A DNA stretch of 64,000 nt from Vitrella brassicaformis CCMP3155 (Eukaryota > Protista > Chromerida). The stretch's first letter is position 1. Each line of letters opens with the position of its first letter. Location: NCBI GenBank assembly GCA_001179505.1, contig CDMY01000461.1, positions 1-64,000 of the forward strand, given 5' to 3'. Shown here one piece after another: positions 11,857 through 23,619 of this stretch. Position numbers and translations under genes: made by a program. The notes under the pieces were generated by a model, which was given only the letters and a program-made list of their open reading frames with translations, was not told where the DNA came from and did no database searches.

Positions 11857-12483
11857 ATAGACAGACAGGCAGGCAGGGGTGCATTAACGGAAGGACGTGT
11901 GTATAGGGGGGCGGGGGGTGGCTGTGGCGTGGTGTGTGGTCATCTGCGAAGGTTTCGTTCCGCCCACTGTCGTGACGATATGGCTCTGTAGGTCAACAGA
12001 CGGGGGCCTGATCGCTCGCTTCTGTTCACCTGCATGGCCATGCACGCACGTCAGAGGGCGAGAGGGCCTCGTTACGCGACAGAGCGGAAGAGATGCAGAG
12101 CTGAGCGGGGGTGGCGTGGCTTGCTCTGAGTGTGGGAGCGTGATGAGATAGAAACGGGCCACCAGTGAGTGGCTGTCTGTGCACTTGCGCGGCCCGCCGT
12201 GATCAGCATCCCGATGGTGTCAGACAGTGGAGCCGCTGATCACACTGGGCAGCGCATAGCCACGGCAGTTTTCACTGATGGACCGATGAATGGACGTGAC
12301 ATTTACTTCTCGTCAGCGTTCGTTGTCCGTTCAAGGAGATGTGAACAAAGTCAATGTCACAGTGTCAATCCGACAGTCGACAATCAGTCACTCGTAAAAG
12401 AAAAAATGGAATTGCAGTCAGTCAGTCGGTGCATGTGCATTCCACCCCATCCACACGCGCACGCAATACACAAGTCACTCACT

Positions 12484-14118
12484 CTATGCCCCTTCCTCCT
12501 GCTCTTCCTCAGCCACCGTCTCGTCCGCCTGGCCCTCCTCTCCCACACCATCACCTGCATCCCCACCAGCACCACCGGCAGCTTCATCAGTGTCCACCAC
12601 ATCCGCAACATCCGCTGGCTGCTCTTCATGTTCATCGACAGCAGGTGCGGGGGCTTCACCCTCGCCCTCGTCTGGTCGTGGGCTGCCGAGTGTGGGGGTG
12701 GCCTCGGGGCGGGCGGGGGCCGACGCGGGGGCCGTGATGACCAAGCTTCCGCCCTCGACCGACAGCCGGTCGGCCAGCTGCCCGTAGCCGCCATTGACCT
12801 GACAGACAAGGAGACACGAGAGAGAGGCCGCTGTGTGTTGTGTGAGGGTTTTTGTTGGCTTGTTTGTTACTTCCAGGAGCTGTTTGTGCTGGGTTTCATC
12901 GATCTGCAGCTCCAGCGTCTCCTGCGTGTCGCCGTTGTAGGCTGTCACGTGCAGCCCCGGACCGTCAGTCGACATCTCTGCCCACACACCACACAGACCA
13001 GAGACACACGACACAAAAGTCCTGTCTGTCTCTACTCTTGTTCTCCCTGACCCACCCACCGATAAGCCAGTAGTCCTTGCCGATCTTGCGCCCCTCCTTG
13101 AGTACGAACTTCTGGCTCTTGGTCCCCCTCCCATCGCCCCCAGTAGACTTGGATCGGTACGAGAAGAGATCCTCAGGCCGCGTCACAGATGATGCGTGGC
13201 CTGAGGTGGCGGGGCGGGGCCGCCGTCCACTCTCCTTTGATGCCGCTGATCGGGGCGGCTTCTTGGAGGCCCTTTCCTCCTCGGTGCGGGCCGTCCTCCT
13301 TCTGCACGCAACAAGCGATGAACAAAAAAGGCACACAGAGAGAGGGGGAAAGAATGCACACAAAGAGGGATGGACGCATGAGAAGGAGAGCACAGGGAAG
13401 GATAGGATAAGCGGTAGATACATGAGGCATTCTCTGTTTGCTGATCCCTCCTTGACCCTCCCTGACCCGTCGGTGGTTGCCCGAGGGCTCCTGTCTCCCC
13501 GCCTCGAGCAAGTCGACTCGCGGTAGGTCGACAGGTTGAAGTCATCCGGCCTTTCAAAGGCATGCAGCACGTCGGGGTTCTCGCACGCATTCTTGTAGTA
13601 GGCCAGTGAGTTCTTTGCGTGGACGTCCCACTCGATGGCCGAGATGACCGGCTGGCACTCCTGGATGCGCCGGAGGATCTGGAGGTTCTCCTGCGTGATG
13701 CGCTGAGCCTGCTGCTTCCTGTAGGTACGGTGCAGAGACGACAGGCCCGTGAAGGGGCGTAGGCGGCTGTAGGTTGGGCGCTTCATGATGTCATACATCC
13801 GACGAAGCAGAATCCTGACAGACAGACAAGGGAGACAACGAACGGCCCAGACACAAAGTTGCATCCATCGATGACATCAGAGAGAGATGAGGGTTCAAGC
13901 TTGGCCGACCTGTTTTGCCTGTCGATTTCGACGTATCGTTCCTCGAGTGCCGCCTCCTTCTTTGCGTTCCACTGCATGTGCGGCTTGCCGAATGTCTTGG
14001 GAACTGCATTGTCGATGCTGGGCTTGACGGTGGCCTTGTTCCTCTCATGGATGCGCTGCCGGTGCTCCTCCCACTTCTTGTGACACACCTTGCTGCCCAC
14101 TGGGATGGCGCGATACAT
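12484..14118 (-). CDS. CFAP97/KIAA1430-like cilia- and flagella-associated protein (multi-exon)
   Basis: MYRAIPVGSK..KKWEEH..RIHERN..VKPSIDN...KKEAALEERYVEIDRQN-RILLRRMYDIM...SLH..RKQQAQRITQENLQILRRI is the CFAP97-domain signature. Acidic C-terminal tail. Confidence 0.75.
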
Positions 14119-14179
14119 CCTCCCTCCCTCCCTCACGTAGATGGCTGGCCGACGAGACAACGAAACGGATCTCGAGCCA

Positions 14180-14899
14180 ATGCAGCTCAGCCGGCTCCAG
14201 AAAGTGCTTCTCTCGCAGTCTTGTAGTGCCGTCAGCAGCCGTGGTCACGTCTTACTGTTCGCAGCCCCCACACCTGCGAGCTCGCCCCACACGAAAGAGG
14301 AAGACGATTTGTTGCAGATGAAGGCGCCAAGGGGCTTATTTGCGCTCATCTCGTCGATGGTGTACGAGATCTCTCACGTCGATGCTCACTGGAGGTCTTC
14401 CGGCCTGCTGGAGCCCCCTTCGCCAAAACAGATGAGGCGTGTACGCTGCCCGGATGGTCCTGCCGGTGCTGTCTTCCTCTCCCTCTCTCACCCCCTGCCA
14501 GTATGGCCATATCGACGAGTCCATGTCGATGGGAAGATCCGGCCACGGCTGATGGAGAGGCGGCTTCTGCTGCGGATGGGCGAAATGGGAGAGGATTCGG
14601 AGCCGCTGATGAGGATAGGTCACGGCTATGACATCCACAGGCTGGCGCCCGGCCTGCAGCTGACTGTGGGAGGCGTCAAAATCGACTATGAGAAGGGCAC
14701 TGAGGCGCACTCTGACGGCGATGTGATCTTCCACAGTTTGTGTGACGCTGTGTTTGGAGCGTTGGCGCTGCCGGACATCGGGCAGCAGTTTCCTGACACG
14801 GACCCCAAGTGGAAGGACGCCAGCTCAGACCTCTTCATGGAAGGTGAGATGGGTGGGTCTACGGCACCGACATGCTCACACGGACCAGCACATAGTCAT

Positions 14900-14937
<38 letters not shown>

Positions 14938-15218
14938 CAGATGCATGGCGGCAGATGGAAGAGAGGGGCTATCGGCTGGGCAATGTCGATGTGACGTTGA
15001 TCCTGGAGCGGCCCAAGGTGAAGGACCTCAAGGCGGGCATGAAGGACAACATCTGCCGGCTGATGCGGGTGCCCCCATCGCAGGTCAACATCAAGGCACG
15101 GACACACGAGAAGGTCGACTCTGTGGGGGAAAACAGGGCGATTGAGTGCCATGTGGTGGTGTTGCTGGAGAGAAAAATGGATGCCTTGCCGGAGAGATCA
15201 CAGACAGGCGCTAGGTAG
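14180..15218 (+). CDS. ispF: 2-C-methyl-D-erythritol 2,4-cyclodiphosphate synthase with long N-terminal extension (start uncertain; intron about 14844-14940)
   Basis: MRIGHGYDIHRL, AHSDGDVIFHSLCDAVFGALALPDIGQQFPDTDPKWKDASS, GNVDVTLILERPK, VNIKARTHEKVDSVGENRAIECHVVVLL. Confidence 0.95.
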
Positions 15219-15717
15219 GGTTGGTGTTGCTAGTATTACCAGTGGTGCAGCGTTGATCAATGCGCGTGTGTGGTCTGGATGGGATGGGCATCGATCATCC
15301 AAGGCGAGGCGAGTGTGAGGACATAGATGATCAATATGGTTCTCCTCCATGCTTTTGTTTGTGTGAGTGGACTTGTGAGCAGAGCAAGCGTGTCACCGAC
15401 GATTGAATGAAGTCAACGCAAATCGCAGTCTGTTCCCACCCAATCACCCCTCTGAAGTATGTGCACCACCCACCCTATCACCCACACGTCAATGTTCGTG
15501 CATGTCTGCAGGATTCCGTGCACTCGACCAGTCAGGCGGCCGTCTGTTGCTGTCCTTGCCCCCACCACGGCAACGGACAAGTGAGAGAGCCGATCCAGCC
15601 TCACAGTTCGGCGTCACCACAGCGGAAAGCAAGACGACGGCAGTCGCGGCAGCTCTTTCGTACCAGCAACGACCAAGGAGGTGGGTACATATTACACACA
15701 TAGGTGGATGGATGCTG

Positions 15718-15787
15718 GCTCCTCCAGCGGCCATTCGATCGCCCCCGCTGCGTAGGAATCAGACGACTCGCATCGATACAAGTCGCA
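15718..15787. repeat. Conserved ~70-bp element downstream of BTB paralogue 1
   Basis: Nearly identical to 27342-27409 (and to its gap duplicate 26132-26199), while the flanks are unrelated. Confidence 0.85.
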
Positions 15788-16262
15788 GGACACCTAATCA
15801 GCGAGGAAGAGACAGCCGCTGCACAACCAATCAACTCTCGCCCATCCGAAAAGACACACGAGGCGTTCGTGCAGAGACAGAACCACGAGTGTGATTGGTT
15901 GACACATGAATGGGTGGTCATGTTGCATGCATTGATGGACGTCGTTCCCTCAACCCAACCAACAAGTCTCTCCCTCTTCTCTACAGGGAAGCCATACATG
16001 CACCTTTGCCGGGCAATTCGCTACCGACGTCGGAACCGGGCCATCTGCCACAATCGGCAGTGCGATACATACTAGAAGTACCACCCGACCCGAATCCTGC
16101 AATTGGCGCTACTATCACACACGGCAGCTACACATCACCGGCAGCCGCCAAACCTGCACACAGACATAAGCACCGAGCACAGAACAGAGGCGGGGCGGGG
16201 AGGGCGTGTATGTATGTGTCTTCACGTGTGGCCATCCCTTGCCCTCGTGGCTCACTCGGTGC

Positions 16263-16468
16263 CTACGTACGTTGTGTGCGCAGCAGTTTGATGCTCTTCC
16301 TGATGCTGGCGAGCTGGGCCTCCTTCTGCTGCATTTCCTGCCTCGTCGTCGGCTCCAACAACACGATCATCACCGGATCATCATCATCACTCTCACAAGT
16401 TGGAGCAACCTTGCGCTTCTTCGAGGCTCCCGCGTTGCGCTCGCTGCTCAAGGCTCCCAAACGACCTA

Positions 16469-16502
<34 letters not shown>

Positions 16503-17297
16503 GGCAGACAGACAGGCAGACACAAAGACGCACGTGACAACAATCATCCTGCTGCATGCCATGCATTCAGGCAACCAACGTGAGAGCTCGACGACTTGGT
16601 GGTCGAGGTTGTCCATCACATTGTCCCACCACGACACGGGCAGCTCCAGCATCAGCTTCTGCACGGCCCCCGCCTCCCTCTCCGCCCCTCCCTTGATCTT
16701 GATCGTCATGTGCCTCACCGTAAAGCCCCTGACCATGGAACCTCACCGTTGGTGAGCCTCTCTCTGTGGGTCAATCAATGCCTGCATTCACCTGGCTTGC
16801 TGGTCCTCCACCAGAGCGGGCTTCTCGCGCAGCAGGAACGACAACACGCCGATGTTGGCCGCCGGGTCCGACCTGGTGAAGCTGTCCATGATCCGCTCCA
16901 TCACCATCCGCGCGTGGTTCTGCATGTCGAGGTAGTTGCAGGCGGACCACAGGTGCAGCAGGCCCGTCTTGGCCGCCTCGTCGTCCGACTGGTCCGCTGC
17001 CGGCAGCGAGAGCGAGAGCGCTCCAGGGCGGCGCGAGAGGTTCTGAAGATACTGCTTGGTGGTGGCCTCGTCCTGCACGTCGTGCAGCGTGGCGAATGTG
17101 CTGATGTGGCGGAACGTGTTGGGGTGAATGTTGGGTAGCGCGATGGTGTGGGTCTCCCTCTCAGCACAGGCCATATCGCCCTCCAACATGCGGTCGAAAA
17201 ACGGCGACATATGGACGAGCAGCGACTTCTTCTCGTAGAAGACGTCCTTCTTGAGGCCGACGATGAGCTTCACGTAGCCGTCCTCCTTATGCGCCAT
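16263..17297 (-). CDS. BTB/POZ-like domain protein, paralogue 1 (multi-exon)
   Basis: VKLIVGLKKDVFYEKKSLLVHMSPFFDRMLEGDM...TIALPNIHPNTF...ACNYL fits the BTB/Skp1-like pattern. Clearly paralogous to 27659-28883. Confidence 0.75.
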
Positions 17298-17596
17298 CCT
17301 GAGGCTCAGCAGCTACTCCGTCAGACGATACAGACCTGCAGGCAGGCACCAACCACAGCAGCAACGACATCTATGGAACGACATCCATGCATCCATCCAA
17401 CGTCATGCATTCGCTGCTCACCCTTGGCAAGATGTTGCCGTCGTGGTTCGATATCAGCAGCAGTGCTGTGGCCGCTGCTGCTAGCTGTATGGCTCGTCTT
17501 ACAGCAGAGAGTCGGCACGGGAGCGATGGCAGGTGGCAAAACGTCGTCACAACAGAGGCTGGGCGGCTGATTCACCCATCACAGAGAACTCATCAC

Positions 17597-17781
17597 GCGG
17601 CCAAGTAGCGTGGATCGCGCTCATTTGCGAGCTCAAAAGCTAGAGTGAGGGGAGCAAGTTGCAGGCCTAGAGCTCTCTCTGCGGAGCTCTCTGTGGGGTT
17701 GGTTCTGACCACTGCAGAAGCGACCTCTGCAGTCTGTCTGTTTTGTATCGCGTTGAGACAGCGGTCGAGTGACGGCATCCA
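17597..17781 (-). repeat. Dispersed structured repeat, copy 2 (inverted)
   Basis: Reverse complement of 1-180. Confidence 0.85.
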
Positions 17782-18094
17782 TCGGTGCCGCACGCGCACG
17801 GCGCTGAGTGTTGACTGACGTAAGCGCTGCATGCCATGCTGGCACGGCGTGCCATGCTGGCTGTGACGCACTGCACATGTGCATCATGGATGACCCTACC
17901 GCGGTCATGGAATTGGCATGATTCTGTACTCTCTGTCTGTCTGGCGCTGTCTGTGTTTCTGTGCAGCAGGTCACTGTAGTTGTTGCTTCGCTTCGCTTCG
18001 CTTCGCTCGTTGGGCGTCGGTTGCTTCGGTGGTTGATTCCCTCGGCTGTCTTGTTTGTCGGTCACTGAATTGCCTTCATCGGTCGTCGGTCGGT

Positions 18095-18743
18095 CAACAT
18101 GCCCATGACATTGTCTCCCGGCCCTGGCACTCCTCCCAACAGGCCTGCGACGATGCGGGTGCCGGACTTCACTCCCCCGTCACAGCAGCAGCAGCAGCAG
18201 CGCCGAGGTGGCTACGGCGACGTCACTCCCCCGCCAGAGCACCGAAGTGGCCACGGCGTCACGCGGCTGGACCAGGACAAGGTGCAAGGGCTCGTGGCCA
18301 TGGGCTTCCCGAGGCTCAACGCCGAATTCGCGCTGCTGGCCCGCCGCAATGGTACGCACAACACCGCACAGGGCCGCACAGTGTGGGGGGGCCAGGCACG
18401 TGATGTGCACGTGCACTTGTGTGTCTGTGTCTGTGTTGGTGTGTGTGTTGGCTGTGCTGTGCTGTGCAGACATGGGGCGAGCGATTGACTTGCTGGTGAG
18501 TATGACGAGCAGCGGCAAGTGCACGCCCCGACCACCGCCGTCCGACCCGTTGTCCTCCAAGTCACGCCCCGCCAGCAGCCGCCGCAGCAGTGTGTGGGAG
18601 GAGGTCGACCCGTTCCTTTTGTATGAGGGCCAGCCCGAGGAGGAGGTCAAGGCCCTCAGGCATGAGCTTCACCAGCGCAAATGCGCCTTCTCCCGCTACG
18701 TCAACACACTCCGCAAACAGCCACAGTAAGCCCCCCAGCACCA

Positions 18744-18777
<34 letters not shown>

Positions 18778-19852
18778 TCCATCCCTGCATCCTTAGGATG
18801 GCCGACGAGATGCGGATCAGCTCGGATTCGGGCGATAGAGTGCGGCTGGTAGACTTGGACAAGAAGGCCAGATGGGAGTTGGTCCGCGACGGGNNNNNNN
18901 NNNNNNNNNNNNNNNNNNNNNNNNNNNNNNNNNNNNNNNNNNNNNNNNNNNNNNNNNNNNNNNNNNNNNNNNNNNNNNNNNNNNNNNNNNNNNNNNNNNN
19001 NNNNNNNNNNNNNNNNNNNNNNNNNNNNNNNNNNNNNNNNNNNNNNNNNNNNNNNNNNNNNNNNNNNNNNNNNNNNNNNNNNNNNNNNNNNNNNNNNNNN
19101 NNNNNNNNNNNNNNNNNNNNNNNNNNNNNNNNNNNNNNNNNNNNNNNNNNNNNNNNNNNNNNNNNNNNNNNNNNNNNNNNNNNNNNNNNNNNNCAACATG
19201 CCCATGACATTGTCTCCCGGCCCTGCCACTCCTCCCAACAGGCCTGCGACGATGCGGGTGCCGGACTTCACTCCCCCGTCACAGCAGCAGCAGCAGCAGC
19301 GCCGAGGTGGCTACGGCGACGTCACTCCCCCGCCACAGCACCGAGGTGGCCACGGCGTCACGCGGCTGGACCAGGACAAGGTGCAAGGGCTCGTGGCCAT
19401 GGGCTTCCCGAGGCTCAACGCCGAATTCGCGCTGCTGGCCCGCCGCAATGGTACGCACAACACCGCACAGGGCCGCACAGTGTGGGGGGGCCAGGCACGT
19501 GATGTGCACGTGCACTTGTGTGTCTGTGTCTGTGTTGGTGTGTGTGTTGGTGTGTGTGTTGGCTGTGCTGTGCTGTGCAGACATGGCGCGAGCGATTGAC
19601 TTGTTGGTGAGTATGACGAGCAGCGGCAAGTGCACGCCCCGACCACCGCCGTCCGACCCGTTGTCCTCCAAGTCACGCCCCGCCAGCAGCCGCCGCAGCA
19701 GTGTGTGGGAGGAGGTCGACCCGTTCCTTTTGTATGAGGGCCAGCCCGAGGACGAGGTCAAGGCCCTCAGGCATGAGCTCCACCAGCGCAAATGCGCCTT
19801 CTCCCGCTACGTCAACACACTCCGCAAACAGCCACAGTAAGCCCCCCAGCAC

Positions 19853-19886
<34 letters not shown>

Positions 19887-20003
19887 TCCATCCCTGCATC
19901 CTTAGGATGGCCGACGAGATGCGGATCAGCTCGGATTCGGGTGACAGAGTGCGGCTGGTAGACTTGGACAAGAAGGCCAGATGGGAGTTGGTCCGCGACG
20001 GGA
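18095..20003 (+). repeat. ~800-bp direct duplication flanking gap 1 (18095-18893 vs 19194-20003), about 1% divergent
   Basis: Direct comparison shows about 9 substitutions plus microsatellite indels. Confidence 0.9.
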
Positions 20004-20440
20004 GGGTCGACTCGTTCATCGAGCGAGACATCCGGTCCCGCACACCGTACCAAGGCAAGTCTAGTGACGAGCTCTGGGACCGATGGTGTGACATCAAGTG
20101 GGGCGACCAAGTCTCGGTACGCTGATTTGAGCCGGAGGAGGCACACTGACTCACCGACTCATTGACACACTGACACACGAGTGACATGAGTGCCACACAC
20201 GCATACACACACACACACACACACAGATTCATTGTATTAATGATGCCTGTGTGTGATTGATGATGTGTGTGCCTGCAGGAGTCGGCTCAAGATGACACAA
20301 AGGCCAAGCAGGACGCCAATCTGCCGCCCAGCACCTTTCAGCACCCCGCCGACGCCAATCAAATCAAAGACGAACAAGGTAAGGCATGCACTGCATACTA
20401 TGCAACCACAACGGACAGTCACACTACACCCAAGAAATAT

Positions 20441-20472
<32 letters not shown>

Positions 20473-23400
20473 ATTGATACAACAAGCCCCAACTCCTTCT
20501 TCGTTTTGTCACTGTTCTGTCTGTCCAGTTCGCTCCAATGACGATGGCGTGTTCGGCATGACGTACAGCGAGCACCGTTGGGACTTCCACCGTGTCCGTG
20601 AGGTCGAGGCGCTGCTCAGAAGACAGCCCTGGGCGGCCATGAAGACCATCGTCGTCTTTGCGTGGCGACAGTCTGACGCTGAGATGCTTGCAGATTCCCT
20701 GATGAAAACACGTACCTTAGGACACACACACCACTCAGAGAGTGACAGTGTTGTGTTGTGATGTGTTGTGGTTTGTTGTGTGCACTGCAGGTGTGTTTGG
20801 GGAGGTGGAACCCTATCACTTGGGGCGAACGAGGGGACAGCTGGCCGCGGTGATGGATCGATTCATGACAGGTGAGGAACTGAGTGGGCTATGGGCGTCC
20901 ATCCACACACACACACACACACACGCGGAGCATACAGACACGCATGACATGGCTGCCCACGTGTGTTGTGTTGTGTCGTGTCTATGTGTGTGTAGGGAAG
21001 GTTCGCGTGTTGGTTGCGACGAGTGGCGTTGACCTCGTCCACGCAGGCCACGCGCCGCGAGCGGACGGGGTCATCCACTTGACCATCCCGAAGTCCATCG
21101 AGAACTACGTCAAGGACACCAAATACACAGGCGGACAGCCGCACCACAACGGTGCGCACACACGACCGACCGACACGTCTGCACCGTACCTCTCTCCCTC
21201 TCTCTGCCTGCCTGCCTGCCTGCTCTCTGCCTGCCTGCCTGCCTGCCTGTTTGTCTGTCTGTCTGTCAGGTGCTGATGGCCACCGCGGCCATTCTCATGT
21301 CTTTGTGCGTCCCGAGGACCTTCGAATGATGCACCGCAACGCGAGCGTGCCGTTGGTGGACCCCTGGGCGGCCACCCGCCTCGCCTGCACACTCATGGAC
21401 CACCGCATCCAGCCACGTGCCAATGCACGCACCAACACCAGCATCCACACTTTCTTACACGTCAGCCGATCGGACCAGCAGCCTGAAAGTGGCCAAGGTG
21501 GTGGTGGTGGTCGTGTGGTGGCCGTCAGTCTGCCGTCGACTCACGCCATGGCGGCCCCCAACGCCCAGGCACCCGATGACGTCACGACCTTCTTCCGCAT
21601 GCTCGACGACACGATACAGCACCAGTAGCAGCAGCAGCAAGACGACCCACCCACCACCGGCACCACGCGCATCTATCCCAACGTGCCCCTCACATACAAG
21701 CTGCGCTTCCTCCGGACCACCAAGGACGCCGTATGCGAGAAATCCGACTTCATGCGGTCCTTCATGGCCACCGCCACGCAGGACGCCAATAGTGTGTGGA
21801 GTGTACGGGCGGTGGAGGCCGTCACCGCCACGGACAGGAGCCCCCCGGAGCTGTCACAGCAGCTGGCTAACTCGGCGCATGACGAGGGCTTCACGGTGGG
21901 CAGGTGCGATTGGCATGCGAGGGGCGTGGTGGTCCACATGAGGGGAGGCGAGCCACAGGAGGATGGTCGTGAGCATGCATTTGGGGGCATCAGGGCGGCT
22001 GTGGAGGCTACCCTACAGAAGCTGTATGAGGCACTCACGTACGGGAGCGGCAGACAGGCAATACACGGACAGAGGTGGGAGGGTGGGTGAGTGGACGGGC
22101 TTGTATGTGTTCTTCTCTCTGTGTGTGCGTGTATCGATCAGGCTTAGTCTTGCCAAGTTGGAGGCGGCCTTCATGGCCTTGTACCTGTCAACCAAGGAAA
22201 CCGGCGCACAGGCGCAACTAGACAAACTGAATTCGCTCGTCCAGGTACGCACACACTCACTCACTCACTCACTCACACACACGGCCCACACCGCACTGTC
22301 CTTGAATGCGTGCAGGCGTATTTCGCGCACACCGAGGGCGGTGCTGGGTGTCACCACGGCCCGGTGCGGGTGGTGTGCGAGGCCGCCGTGGGGGCAGCCA
22401 AGGCCGACGGCCTCCGTGTGGAGTCGCTGCTGGACATCTGCGGCGGCGAGATCGGCAGCGAAAGTTTCTTAAGATTCAAACACGTAAGTCATCTGCGCGG
22501 TACGTCTGTCTGTGTCTTTGCCGAGCTCAGTGCTTTCATTGTGTGCGTGTCTGTGTCTTGTGTGCAGCTGTTTGCCTCGGTCCCCATGAACAGTGACCAA
22601 GTGGACCAGTGGGGCATCAGTACTCTCAACGGCGTCAGGCATCGCACCAAGATCGCCAACCAGCTCTCACACGCCGTCAAGAACACACTCAAGAACATGT
22701 ACGAAGTCATGCAGCACATCAATTCATCCATCCATCCATCCCCTGTGCATGCGGCTGCTTTGTGTGCTATCCATGCAGGCCTCTTCTGTACGAGTTGACC
22801 GAGCGGCGACCTACCGCGAGCGCGAGAGACGTGGCTGTCAACCACCTGGCGCCTCTCACGATCGCACGGGCCCTGGCGCGCATCAACACCCACTCCCTGG
22901 TGGGCGGAAGAAACCCCTGGCTGGGACCAAACCCATCCGTCGATCCGATCCATGATGGCATCTTTGTTTCTCTATGTGTGCAGCCCAAGTCGGTGTCTGA
23001 GGCCTTCAGCCCGATCACCATGGGTGCCCCTGANNNNNNNNNNNNNNNNNNNNNNNNNNNNNNNNNNNNNNNNNNNNNNNNNNNNNNNNNNNNNNNNNNN
23101 NNNNNNNNNNNNNNNNNNNNNNNNNNNNNNNNNNNNNNNNNNNNNNNNNNNNNNNNNNNNNNNNNNNNNNNNNNNNNNNNNNNNNNNNNNNNNNNNNNNN
23201 NNNNNNNNNNNNNNNNNNNNNNNNNNNNNNNNNNNNNNNNNNNNNNNNNNNNNNNNNNNNNNNNNNNNNNNNNNNNNNNNNNNNNNNNNNNNNNNNNNNN
23301 NNNNNNNNNNNNNNNNNNNNNNNNNNNNNNNNNGCCCGCAAGACAGAGAACAACAAGAAGGGCAACAAGAAGAGGGCGGCGGACACTGAGCTGGACGAGG

Positions 23401-23615
23401 GAGGCCAGCGAGGCGCCAAGTGGCGAAAGAGGAACCATCAGGCGGGGGAGGGCAAGAAGCGGCCGAGGGAGACGACAGCTGTGGCGCCCACCACACACCA
23501 CACGGACCAGCGCCAGCGCACCGCTCTGCCTGCTCCTGCTGCTGCTACCGCTGCCGATCATAGTGAGCCCACGCACAAGTACAACACCCGGAGCAAGAAG
23601 CGGAAGGTGGTGTGA
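18099..23615 (+). CDS. UBA domain + degenerate RECQL4-like helicase C-terminal/Zn-binding-like region (multi-exon; spans two gaps)
   Basis: UBA: DKVQGLVAMGFPRLNAEFALLARRN-DMxRAIDLL. Helicase_C: TIVVFAWRQSDAEMLADSL..YHLG..FMTGKVRVLVAT..VIHLTIPKSIENYV..GADGHRGHSHVFVRPEDLR. Basic C-terminal tail ..RSKKRKVV*. Confidence 0.65.
18894..19193. other. Scaffold gap (300 N)
   Basis: Run of N. Confidence 1.
23034..23333. other. Scaffold gap (300 N)
   Basis: Run of N. Confidence 1.
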
Positions 23616-23619
23616 CCTG

